Shown: positions 43,871 through 55,031 of the stretch, piece by piece
Layout of the letters: every line of letters starts with the position of its first letter
Position numbering within the stretch: the stretch's first letter is position 1
NCBI GenBank assembly: GCA_013416795.1
Contig: RQSC01000011.1
Span: forward strand, 174,721 to 238,720
Direction: 5' to 3'
From: Prasinococcaceae sp. CCMP 1430
Taxonomy: Eukaryota; Plantae; Prasinodermophyta
DNA: 64,000 nucleotides
Translations under genes and position numbers: made by a program
The notes under the pieces: model-generated
What the model saw: only the letters and a program-made list of their open reading frames with translations
Told to the model about the DNA's origin: nothing
The model's database searches: none

Positions 43871-44298
43871 CGCGCGCGCGCTCCCATGTGCCGCGCGTTC
43901 GACCTCCGATTCGAATCTCAATCCGACGTGCGCGCGCGGGCGGCCGCGCCGTGCCCCGCCGCCCGCCCGCGTGNNNNNNNNNNNNNNNNNNNNNNNNNNN
44001 NNNNNNNNNNNNNNNNNNNNNNNNNNNNNNNNNNNNNNNNNNGGGCGCGGCGGATCGGGCCGGGCCGCGCCGTGCGAGGCGCGGGCGCGCGGCCCTGGCC
44101 GGCGCTCTCGGTCTCGGTCTCGTCCTGGTTGACGCACAATGGACTGACTGTCGAAGGTCGACCTGAGGTTGCTACAGTACAAGCAGCACTAGTACTTCTA
44201 TCATACTATCCGTCCATCGCACCATGGTGGTCGACGAGCGCTAGAGCTAGCTAGAGAGAGTCATGGACTAGCTAGAGAGAGCGGCTGGGCTGCAGGGG

Positions 44299-46644
44299 TT
44301 AGTTGGCGGCGACGACGCGCTCGAGCGCGCGGTCCTCGCGTAGCAGGTCCGCCCACAACGCCTTCTGATTCTTGCGGTAGAAGAGCGCGTTCACCAGGTC
44401 GAGCTCGCGCGTGGTGAACTTGCTGCGCATCGTGGCGCTGAAGGCGTCGCGCCGCGGGCCGCCCTGCCGACGCGTGTCCTCCGGCATCACTTCCTCCGCC
44501 ATCGCGTCCTCTGCCATCTGATCCTCGGGCACCACGTCCTCTGGGGTCGCGCCGCGTGCGTGTTGGGCGACGCCGGCGCCACGTCCGCTGGCGGCTCGCT
44601 TGTTCTTGGCGCGCTGCCCCAGCGCGTGCGACAACGCGCCGGACGACCGTTTGTGAACGTCAGCCGCCTCCTCGTCGCCGACTCCTTTCTGCCCTTGCAG
44701 ATTCCGCCCTCCCAACCGCGCGCCAGTGAGCTTCTGACCGGCGGGCACCGCCATCGCCTCGTCGAGGTGAAGCCACCGAAGCAGCAGCCGCGCCGTCCCT
44801 TCGATGTCGCTATAGTACGCCGTGTAATTGAGGCGCACCCACGAGGCAGGATCGAGCGCGGCCACGTGCGCGTTGGCGACGACGAGCTCGGTCTGTAGGG
44901 CAGTGACCTGCTTGAGAAAGCCCTGAAAGGCTTGGCGCGAGCCCGAACGCCCCGTGGTCGATGCGACGCACTGGAGCGGATCGCGCCACAAGCTAATCAC
45001 CTTGACCTTGCCCGGTTTGTACGTGCCCTCGACGGTGTGCGGCCGCTCGATAGCGTCGATTAATTCCAGGGTGTCAGGCGAGTTGCCGAAGGCGTGGAGG
45101 TGCTCCTCCCGCACTGAGGGCGAACGAATCCAGTCATTCGTTCTCTGAAAGTCTGCGGACGTACCGCCAATATCAAGAAAGCCACATGGGTATGAGCACG
45201 AGACCATGTACACGACCTTGTTGCCTGATTCGCGGGCCTCGTGATCGACTTCCCTGATGGCGTACTCGAGCAACCTGCGGAAGCCGCGCGGGCCCGGCGC
45301 GAATGCCTGAATGTCCTCGTAGTCTTGCGGCACCCTCGTGGAGGGGCGTACCAACTGGTTTCGTACTGGTAGCGTCCCAAAGGGGGTCGTCACATTTTCG
45401 GTCACAGTCCACACGCCGCCCTGCGAGTGGGCGCGCGAGGGCGGAGCCAACCGCGGCGAGCGCATGCGCAGGAGCAGGCGCTTGCACTGTGAGTGCGACT
45501 CCATGCACTGGGGACAGAGCGACGCACCGCCACGCAGCGTTCCGGCGTGCTGCGACATGGCGTGCGTGGTCGCACACGCCGGGGTGTCCCAACGGGGCAC
45601 GCACGCGTGTTGCAGCACCTACGGCACGCGCTCGCGACCATGCGCACGAGTCAAGACACGCGCGAGCTACAGCATTGCGCACCTGGTACATGTCGTGATA
45701 TGGATGCGACATGATGTAGTTCACCTTGGAGAGGAGGGACATCGTGGAATCAAGCACGCCACCGTCGACGAACTCGCGAAAAAGCGCCTCGACCATGTGG
45801 TGGCCCGAGCCCTCGATGCCCACCGTGAACACCCATGTGATGGTGTCATCGTCGCCACCGTCGTCGCTGCTGCCGCTGCCGCTACGCCAGCGCGCACGCG
45901 TGGCATCTGCCGGCGACGTGACGCCTGCGCCGCGGGCATCGCAGCCACGGGAGTCGCGGGCGCTACGCGCATCAGGGCGCAGCGGCGCAACAGACGGCGA
46001 CAGCGTGTGCGTCGGTCGGTCGGCAACAAGGGAGGGTGGCGGGGGGAGGGGAGACGTGCCTCTAGGGTCAGCTGCAGCCGTGCACGCTCCTAGCTCGCGC
46101 ATCGCGACAGCGCGATTCGTGCCTCTGGCTGCCGCACGCACACGCGCGCCGCGAGGGCGGCGAGGGCGCACGCACAGTGCGCTCCAGCCGCCGCAGCCGC
46201 CCCCGCCCCCAGCCCGCCGCGCGCTGTGGCCCCGCGAGCGCACCGCACCCCGCGGTTCCCCGACCTCGGGCGCACGCCGACCGCGACCGACGCGCCGAGG
46301 TCCAACAAAACCCAACGAAAATGAAAAAGTTCGCATGGGAGATTGGAGTAGACCCTACCCAAAACACTGAGCTTCGAAGTGGTGGCGACCGTCCCGGAGC
46401 GAGGAGCGTCGGACGTGGACTGGGTGCCGACCGACCGACGGTGACGTCCTTCGACCTTCGGGACAACGGGCGGGTGGGCGACGAAGGGCCGCTTCGCGAA
46501 GGCCGGCCGCGCTCTGGCGGCGTTGGGGGGGGTGAACTGCGTCGGTACCAGGTACCACAGTAGCAATAACAGCGCGGCCGGTGAAGCAGACGTCGAAGCA
46601 GGCGCGGCAAGCCTAGCTAGGCGTATTCGGACGATGATTTGCAC
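44299..46644 (-). CDS. PAPS-dependent sulfotransferase-like protein, probably type II membrane
   Basis: 5'-PSB-like VGIEGSGHH, 3'-PB-like LWRDPLQCVAS, and LNYTAYYSDIEG..LLRWL. Introns 45682-45421 and probably 46358-46129. No ATG found for the putative TM exon, so the 5' end is uncertain. Confidence 0.6.
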
Positions 46645-46699
46645 TCGATCGACACAGAGACGCCTGGCACTAATTAATGTACGTCACTCCTACAGCCGC

Positions 46700-49385
46700 T
46701 CAGTAGCCGCGCAGCTCGAAGCACGGCATGAGCTCGCTCTTGTCCATGACGCCCTCTTGAGCGAACGCCCGCTTGGCGTCCTCCACAAGCTCCTGCTCGA
46801 AGTCGGCAGTCGCAAACTTAAGCTCCGCCTTACGCTCGGCTGGCACGAACGCTGAAGCGAGGCGCAACGCCTGGCTCAGCCCGGTGATCGCCGCAGGCGA
46901 GTGTGGGTGATCGTAGAGCTCCCTGCGAAAGGTGCGCGCAGCCCTCACAAAGTCTGCAGACATGAGCTGCGCGGTCCCTAGGCAGAGTCGCATCGGGAGG
47001 TACTGTGCGCGATGCGGCGGTAGCCACGGCATGAATCGACGCGTTCATGCGTCGCGAAATGTCAGCCAGCCAGCACATCGACGCCACGCCATTCGATCGC
47101 TCTACTGGCACAATTTTGAGCATGTGACGCGGCAGCGCGCGGCAGCGACAGCACATGCTGAAGCTGCAGCCAAAACGCACCCATCGCTCTGGCTCCATGT
47201 ATCCGAACGCGTCCTGGATATCGACGGCCTCCTCCAGCAACGGCACTACTTCTCCCCAAGCGGTGCTGTTGAAGCCAGGAAGCTTCTGAGCAACCTTCTT
47301 GTACACTGCGGCAGAGACCGCAGCCGCATACGCGCTCGCCGTGTGTGATGTCGACTCGGAGGAAGTCGCCCCAACATCATCGTTGCCAGCCTCGGATTCA
47401 TAGCTGCCCTGCCCGTCTTCCCGTGCCGCCGTCAGTGGTGCCGCGAGCAGGCCTCGCCGCAGCAGGAGCCGCCGCGTGCCATCGGTATTCTGTCCGGGGG
47501 TGCCTTGGGCACCATAATTACCATTGGCCTTCGCAGCCCTTGCGTCGGTTGCTGCCGTGAGAGCCTGCTGCTCGCGTTCCTTTCTCCGCAGGTCACTTCG
47601 CGCGATGTGCAGACGTGCACGCAAGGTGATCGAGGCGATCTTCGCAAGCTCGGGCGCGTGTGAGAAGAACGGCCCCGAACGCAGGAGTGCGCCCTCGACG
47701 TCCGTGCCTTCCATCATGGGGCCGTCTGCTGGCAGCTCACTCGCAGCACGCTCGACCTCGGCCAGGTGGCTGGCGGCCTCTTCAAGCTCACTTTCGTCTC
47801 GCTTCCCACCCGTTGCGGCGAGGCCAGCAGCGTAGTGCCCGATCACGCGCGCGTACGGGTGCGCACCTGCGCCAGGCAGCGGTTCAGCTTTGATGACGTC
47901 CCACATGCCGAAGCGCGCCGCGACAAGCACGCGAGGGTATGGCCACAAGGCCTGTAGGATCTCCGCGAGCGGAAATTCGATTGCGACTGTCGGAACGCCC
48001 TGCTCGATCACGGCTGGACGCCCCATGAGCATTCCTGCGGCAATCAGCACGGCAATTTGGTGGCCAGGCGCGTACGGCACCATGCACTGTGCGCGCATCT
48101 GGACGTCGAGTTTCATCGCTTCCTCATTGGCCTCGATTGCGCGCTTGTACTTCCCAGACCGTATGTAGATGTGGCTCGCCATGTGTACCAGGTGTGCCTG
48201 TTGTGGTGCAATGGACTCCATTGCATCGGCGGCGGCCACAGTACCTCCCTCGGGACCTCCTTGTGCGAGCTGCTCCTCCAAGTGTATTTTGAGGTGCATC
48301 GCGAGGGGATGCTCGCTGTCCAGAGCTAGCGCCCTGCTCACCTGTGCGCGTGCAAGCTGCGCCTCCGGCTTGAGCGAAGGGGCCACGCCACTGGCAAAGG
48401 TGAAGGCGGACGGGTTCGTCGTGTTTTGGTAGTAGCGCCACGAAACGTTCTGCAATAGGCTCTCGCCGTACAGCGACTGCGCGGTCGCGTCGGCGGAGAA
48501 GGTTTTCGCGAGTGAGCTCAACCCTTCGACCCACGCCCCTTCCCTCAGGTATGACGCCACGACCGCGCCGGCCGAAGATCCACTCGGGGGCTCCGTCGGT
48601 GTGTCGACCGCGTCCGGATCGCGCGCTTGCGCTTCGTCCGGTCTCAAGTAGCGAGCGGCTATGGCCTTGGCATACGCGAGCTCCACATCCGTCCTGGCGA
48701 GTTTCAGTGCTCGCGCCGACATGGTCCGCGCCTTCCCTAGAACACTGAGCGTGGTGCCTCCATTCAGGTAGGGGCCCGTCGCGTACGCGACGCACCACGC
48801 GCACAGAGCGCAAGTGTCGTCCTCTTCGAGGGCGGCCTCGCAATTCCGCTGCGCCTCGGGCAGGTTGAAGCCAAAGCGCTGCAGGAGGCCTTGTTCGAAG
48901 AGCGCCTGCGCGTGCTCGTTCGTCGAAGCAGGTAGCCCCGAGATCCAAGGCATCTCGCCGGTGCCATATGCTCCCACGAGGTCGACGGGCATTGCACACT
49001 CACCGCCGTCGTCTTCGGCCGCACGGAGGCCCTCACCCTTGACGTCGGATGGCTTTGATTTTGGCGCAATGTTGACGTCCGTGTCCACGGGGCTAAATAT
49101 GACCAGGCCGAGCGCGGCCAGGGCGACCAGGAGCGCCACAAGCGCAACAAGTGCGTTCGACAGGTGGCGATCGGTCACGCCGCTGCTGCCAGGACTCGGA
49201 CCACCGCCCTCGCCGCTGGCCTCCCTGCCTTTGCTGGGGCCTGCCTGGGCGGGTGCATGTGCGTCGCCGCCGTCGCCGCCCGCGCCGGCCGCTCGCGACG
49301 CTCGCTTCCGCAGGCCGGTCGCGGCGTGCACCGAGACGGCGCCCGTCGCGGCCAGCAGTGCGAGGATCACGAGGAGGGTCATCAT
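46700..49385 (-). CDS. Uncharacterised TPR-like protein of a bacterial/fungal family (HxxHMxSHIY motif), with signal peptide and TM
   Basis: AQALFEQGL..FGFN..EA, AW..AYATGPYLN, HPLAMHL.IH..E, AHLVHMASHIYIRSG.Y..AIEAN, FGYMEP..W|YLPMR..LG and HP....A..GL. Intron 47180-47003. Confidence 0.7.
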
Positions 49386-49845
49386 CGAGACCGCCGCCAC
49401 CGCGGCGCGCTCCCTGGCGCGCGGGCGGTGTGGTACCGCGGCTCCGGGCAGCGCGCGCAGCGCCGCAGCGCCGGAAAAATGTCAGCGCCGGCGGGACCTC
49501 GCGCCGGCCACGCGCTGGTAAAAAAAAAAAAAAACTGACGTATCCCCGGTACATGACCCTGTCACCCCTGTTCAATAGCATCAAACCCGTTTGCATGCAC
49601 ACCTGCTCCGCCGTGACCCCGGGGTCCCTTTCTTTCTTTTCCCGAAAGAACAGGACAGAAAGAGATGAGTGTTTTTGTTTGTTGTGTTTGTTTGGTCTTT
49701 TTCCTTTGGCTTTCGTGGTGGCGTCGCCACCGTCGTTACGCGGATGGGTGGCCGCGCGCGCGCGCGTGGCGGCGCGCGGCGCGAGCTCGCTCGCTCGCGC
49801 GGGGCACAATGCGCGCCAAGCCCCGGCGCGCGCGCGGCGGCGGCG

Positions 49846-51720
49846 ATGGCCGCGGCGGTGGAGACGCCCGCCCAGCTCGTCGCACGGCTCAACAGCGAGT
49901 ACGACGCCAAGCACAGGAGCTTCGAGGACAACTTCTGGGCCACCAAGATGGCGCTGGATGGCGCGTCCAAGGAGGATCTCGCGAGCACGAAGGACGATTA
50001 CGAGGGGTTCCTCGCCGACGCGGCGAACTTGGCGGCCGTCGAGGCCGCGCTCGCAGGCGCCAACGGCGCGCCGACCGAGTCGGAGCGCCGCGTGCTCGAG
50101 ATCGCCAAGCGGACGTTCCTGTGCTACCAGATCCCCGACTCGGTGAAGACGCTCAAGAGCGACATCACCAAGGAGGAGGTCGTTCTCGAGAGCGACGTGC
50201 GCGGCGCCATGAAGCTGGGATACACTCGCCCTTCCGATGGCGAGTTTGTCACGGCGTCGAGCGTGCAGCTGCGCAACACGATGAAGACGAGCGCGGACGA
50301 GGCCGAGCGCAAGGCGTGCTATGAGGGCCTCTACTCCATCGGCCCGCACGTCGCTGAGCAATTCTGCAAGGTCGTCAAGATGCGCAACAAGCTTGCCAAG
50401 GCGCTGGGCCACGAGGACTTCTACCAGTACAAGGTGCTTCAGGCGGAGGGGTTTGGCAAGGACAAGCTCTTCTCCATTCTCGACGGGCTCGAGGAGCGCA
50501 CGCGGCCGCTCATGGACGCTGCGCGCGCTAGGCTGGCCAGCGAGAAGGGCAGCTCGGCGCTCGAGCCGTGGAACATCTCTCAGGCGCTCTCAGGCGAGGT
50601 CGCGAAGCTGCAGGACCCGTACTTTCCCTTCGAGGACGCGGTCGACGCCTGGGCGCGCTCGTTCGCCGCCATGGGCATCAAGTACCGTGGCGCGACCATG
50701 CGGCTTGATCTCCTGGACAGGGCGGGCAAGTACTCCAACGGGTTCTGCCACTGGCCGCAGTGCGCATACGTGGATTCGGAAGGCAAGTGGGTGCCCAGCC
50801 AGACCAACTTCACCAGCCTCGCCACGCCCTCGGCCGTCGGATCCGGGCAGACCGCTCTGGTGACGCTGATGCACGAGGGCGGGCACGCGGCACACTTCGC
50901 GAACGTCGTGCAGCCCTCGCCCATGTTCTCGCAGGAGCGCGCACCCATGTCGGTGGCGTACGCGGAGAACCAGTCGATGTTCCTCGACAGCCTGTGCGGC
51001 GACGCCTCGTGGCTCGCCCGCTACGCCCGCGACAAGGACGGCAAGCCGATGCCTTTCGAGGTCGTGGAGCGCGCCCTGCGCGACACGAAGCCGTACTCAG
51101 TGCTCACGCTGCGCGGCATGATCGCAGTGCCCTACTTCGAGAAGGCGCTGTACGAGCTGCCGGAGGAGGACGTCACCCCGGAGAGAGTGCTCGCGCTGGC
51201 CGACGAGATCGAGAAGAAGATCCAGGGAGGCCTGAGCCCCAGGCCGCTGCTCAGCGTTCCTCACCTGCTGAGCGACGAGAGCAGCTGCTACTATCATGGG
51301 TACGTGTTGGCGGAGATGTCCGTCTGGCAGACCCGTCAGCATTTCCTGAAGAAGTACGGCGAGATCGTGGACAACCCGCAGATCGGCAAGGACCTGGCGG
51401 AGGTCTACTGGAAGCCAGGCAACTCCGAAGCGTTCTTGGACTTGGTGGAGAAGCTCACCGGCTCTCCCCTCTCGAGTGACGCTTGGGTGGAGGAGCTGCA
51501 GACGCCCGTCGAGGAGGCTGTCAAGGAAGAGCGCAAGGAATACGACGCGGCCGTCGCAAAGGGCCCCGCAATCGCGCCGGGGTCGGACGTGGACCTCGAC
51601 ATGCGCATGGTGTTGGCCCACGGCGACGAGGTGATCGCTGACACCGCCGACATGCCTAGCTTCGGCGGCGCGACCGCCCAGTTCAAGGACTGGGTTGCGG
51701 CGAAGTACGCTGCCGCGTAG
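49846..51720 (+). CDS. M3 family zinc oligopeptidase, intronless
   Basis: KYSNGFCHW, TLMHEGGHAAHF (HExxH), AENQSMF and YYHGYVLAEM. Confidence 0.88.
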   Translation: MAAAVETPAQLVARLNSEYDAKHRSFEDNFWATKMALDGASKEDLASTKDDYEGFLADAANLAAVEAALAGANGAPTESERRVLEIAKRTFLCYQIPDSVKTLKSDITKEEVVLESDVRGAMKLGYTRPSDGEFVTASSVQLRNTMKTSADEAERKACYEGLYSIGPHVAEQFCKVVKMRNKLAKALGHEDFYQYKVLQAEGFGKDKLFSILDGLEERTRPLMDAARARLASEKGSSALEPWNISQALSGEVAKLQDPYFPFEDAVDAWARSFAAMGIKYRGATMRLDLLDRAGKYSNGFCHWPQCAYVDSEGKWVPSQTNFTSLATPSAVGSGQTALVTLMHEGGHAAHFANVVQPSPMFSQERAPMSVAYAENQSMFLDSLCGDASWLARYARDKDGKPMPFEVVERALRDTKPYSVLTLRGMIAVPYFEKALYELPEEDVTPERVLALADEIEKKIQGGLSPRPLLSVPHLLSDESSCYYHGYVLAEMSVWQTRQHFLKKYGEIVDNPQIGKDLAEVYWKPGNSEAFLDLVEKLTGSPLSSDAWVEELQTPVEEAVKEERKEYDAAVAKGPAIAPGSDVDLDMRMVLAHGDEVIADTADMPSFGGATAQFKDWVAAKYAAA

Positions 51721-51815
51721 AGAGCGGCGCCGCCCAGGCGGCGCGATCCGACGCAAGCGTAAGTGAAGATCTATTGTGGCGCAAGGTGTCACTCGTTACA
51801 AGACAGATGCCCTTC

Positions 51816-53343
51816 TCACGGCTCATCAGCGAGGCGGTCCATGTACCACGCAATGTGGGCGCGCAGCTGCATTGCGGCGGGAAACGACATGTCGCGCGGC
51901 ACGCCCACGCGCTTCTGCAGGTACTCCAGGCAGGCCGCCAGCCCGGGGGCTGCGCCCTCAGCGCGCGTGGCGTCGGCCGCGGCCTTGGCCGCGGCCCCCG
52001 CGGTCCCAGCGGCCGGCGACGCGTCACCGGACACAGCGGAGCCATCCAGCATGGTGGCGGTGATGTGCTGCAATGCGCCCTCCACATGCGGTAGGAAGTC
52101 GAGGTCGGGCTGCGAGAGCACGCGCGACGCGCAAGGCGCACGCGTCAGAGCGCGGACGCGTCGAGCACGCACACATCGCGCGGGCTGGCGCTGCGCTCAC
52201 CTTTGCGTTGGGGTCCGCCAGTGGCGCGCCGTAGCGCCCGTCCTCCTCACCCATGCCGCGGCAGGCGAAGCGGGCCACCGCCGCGCCATTCTGGCTGAGC
52301 TCCCACGCCGCCTCGTGCCGCCACGCCTCCTCGCCCTGCGCAGCGTGGTGCGCTGTCAGCGGCTCGGCGTCGCCCACGGATAGCTTCAGCGGCAGGCGCC
52401 AGCCGGCCCCGTCAATTGCTGCCGCCGCGCTCTTCTGGGCGGTCGAGCCCGAGCTGAAGCCGCCGCCGTACTGCGGTGGAATGTCCATCACGTGGGTGTA
52501 GTAGTCGCTCTGCGTGGCCCGGTACTCGGGCAGACGCTCGAAGGCGTCAAACCACGCGTCGAGGTGCTTGTACGTGCCGCTGCCGCGCAGCTGCACGCCC
52601 TTCCAGTACAGCACCGACGCATTCATACGCTCGATGTGCGACACGTACTGCAAATCGACAATGGTGGGTGCGTCGCCGCCCATGAACCACGGGCCAGACG
52701 TCTCGCCCAGCGCGTCGTCCACCTTGCGCAGCGTGGCGTCGAAGCCCCCCTGCGGGCCGCCGCCGAACATGCCGGCCCCGGGCATCTCCGGCCGGAACAC
52801 GAGGCCGCACCAAGCCCCGAAGAGCTCGCGCTCGAGCTTCAGGAGCGCGTTGGCCCGCGCGAGGCCCTCCGAGTCGCCCTGCGCGGGCAGCATCGAGGGG
52901 CCGTACGGGCCATCCGCGCCACCCGGAAACTGCTGCTCGAGCAGCTGCATGATGACCAGCGACTCGGTGACCACCTGGCCGTCGAGCTCGATCACCGGCA
53001 GAAGGCCGCTCGGCACCTTGGACAGGAAGCTCGCCGGCTTGGGGCCATAGGAGCGCATGTTGATCCGCTCAATACGGCAGGGGATCTTCTTGAGCTCGAT
53101 GAGCATCCACAGCTTCTGGCAGTACGGGCACCACCCCGCGTGGTCGCGGTAGTACGTGAGCCGCGCGGCATCCGCCTCGGTCGCGCCGGCGGGGAGGCGC
53201 AGCTCGGCCTCGACGTGCGCCTCGCCGCCGCCCTCCTGGCGCGCCGCCTCCTCTCGCGCGAGCTCCGCGCCACGCGCCGTCGCGGCTGCCTCAGCATGGA
53301 GCGACGCCCAACCGCGCGCGCCCGCCAAGGCGGCCGGGCGCAT
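51816..53343 (-). CDS. Cys-type glutathione S-transferase-like protein (CPYC; cyanobacterial/algal omega/lambda-like)
   Basis: YYRDHAGWCPYCQKLW, KVPSGLLPVIELDG..TESL.I, PTIVDLQYVSHIERM and QSDYYTHV.DIPPQYG. Intron 52200-52090. Confidence 0.87.
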
Positions 53344-53562
53344 GCCGCCCCACGGGCAGCTGGGCGCAAGCACGAGGCAGGCCAGACGAGGCAGGCCGCG
53401 CCCCGAGGCGCGCGCTAGGCTCGCTCCGCTGGGGCCGCTCCGCGCGCGCGCGCTGTGGCGCGCCGGTGGATAAGACAACCTCCGGAACAGAAAATTGCGT
53501 CGCGCAAATTTCCGACTTTTTAACGAAAATTGACACGCAGGCTTGCACTACAATGCGGTCAC

Positions 53563-53910
53563 TCACTTGGCCATGGCCTGCGCCGTGGGCGCTGCCTCGC
53601 CCCCACCGACAGGCGACGGCGCGGCGAGGACGACCGCGGGCGCCACGGGGTCGCCCTCGCGCTTGGGATCGCCCGCCTTGCGAGCGGCGCCGCTGACGGC
53701 CGTGGGGCCAGCTCCCTCCTGGAACTGCCCGCCCCCGTCCGGCGGGCGCGGGTAGACGAACTCGCGCCTCTCGGTGAGCGGTACGCACGCGGCAAAGCCG
53801 CCGCACAAGAACGCGCAGCAGTAGCCACAGCACCCGCCACAGCAGGGGCAGCAGGCATTGCAGCACCCGCCACAGCAGTCCGAGCACTGGTCGAGGCAGG
53901 GCACGCCCAT
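53563..53910 (-). CDS. Small Cys-rich protein (115 aa) with six CC doublets
   Basis: MGVPCLDQCSDCCGGCCNACCPCCGGCCGYCCAFLCGGFAAC: 16 Cys in about 42 aa, followed by a hydrophilic tail. Confidence 0.65.
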   Translation of the reverse strand: MGVPCLDQCSDCCGGCCNACCPCCGGCCGYCCAFLCGGFAACVPLTERREFVYPRPPDGGGQFQEGAGPTAVSGAARKAGDPKREGDPVAPAVVLAAPSPVGGGEAAPTAQAMAK

Positions 53911-55031
53911 GGCGGCAACGGCAACGGGGGACCGCGCAGGCTGCTGTCTGTCAAGTTGTCAACGTGACGACGCGCGGTCGGTCCGTCCGCTGCGGGCGTC
54001 CCTGCGTGCGGCGCTCACCGGGGAAGGGGGGGGGGTGCAAGCCCGGGGAGGGGGGGGAGAAGCCGGGGGCGGCGCTCGCCCTCGCTGCGCGGACGGACGG
54101 GAGTGCTCGGCTGCTCGCGCTGTGGCGCCCGCCCGCCACGAGAATGCCACGGCATCCAAAAAAAAAAAAAAAACGCTCGTCTGGACTCGCGCGCGGCACA
54201 CGCCCCGCGCGCCGAACGCATGCTTTGTGATGGTCCACCATGAAAATGCACCGCCAAAACGCATATGTCACACACACGCATCAGAACAAGGGGTGTTTTG
54301 GGGGTCGGTCGGGGTACGACGCGCGCCCCTCGGCGCGCGGGTGCGCGCCCCAGTCCGGCGGAGGTCGGGCGCGCCGCGCGCCGCGCCGTGGTCTCCGTTC
54401 GGACTGGGGTGAACATGGAGTTTTCGCGGGGGCGGCGCGGGGGGGCGCGCGCCGCGCGCGCCGCGAGGCCGAGGTTTGGGTTCGGTTGTGTGTTTAGGGT
54501 TTGTGTTGAGGGTTTGTGTTTGGGTTTGGTGCCGGCCTGCTCCGCAGCGGCAGCGGGCTGTTGGCGGCGGCGGCTGCGGCCGCCGCCGCGGCGAGGGGGG
54601 ACGGAGGGGGGGTGACGGGGACGTCGCACCAGCCTGTCCTTGACGTTGGCCACCGCGCTCGCGATCGCGCCCTGCAGCCGTGTCTGCGATGCGCCCTCCC
54701 CGCCGCCCGGCAGCGTCGTCCTGCCCCTCTCTGTGCGCCGCGGCGCGCTCGCGCTCGCCCGCACGGGCGCGCGAGCCCGGCCCGCCGGGAGTCCTCGCAG
54801 GGGCGTCATGAGACTGACGCGGCCGCGCACGCCGAGGGTGGGAACATTTCGCAGCACGAGACGGTGATGGGCGCAGTCTCGACTCAGGCCGGTGCCGTGC
54901 TCAAGGCGCTCGGCAATTGGGCGGTTGAAGCCTAGGAGCAAACCAGCGAGCGCGCCACGTCGCGTATAAATCGTCGTGCAATTAGTCCGATAGAGCGCCC
55001 CGGGCGGGACACAGGCATTGCGCACGCGCGG

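Noticed and set aside
54473-54535. Interstitial telomere repeat (TTTAGGG-like)
   Set aside because: Only one exact TTTAGGG in a degenerate TG-rich tract; more likely intron or promoter sequence.
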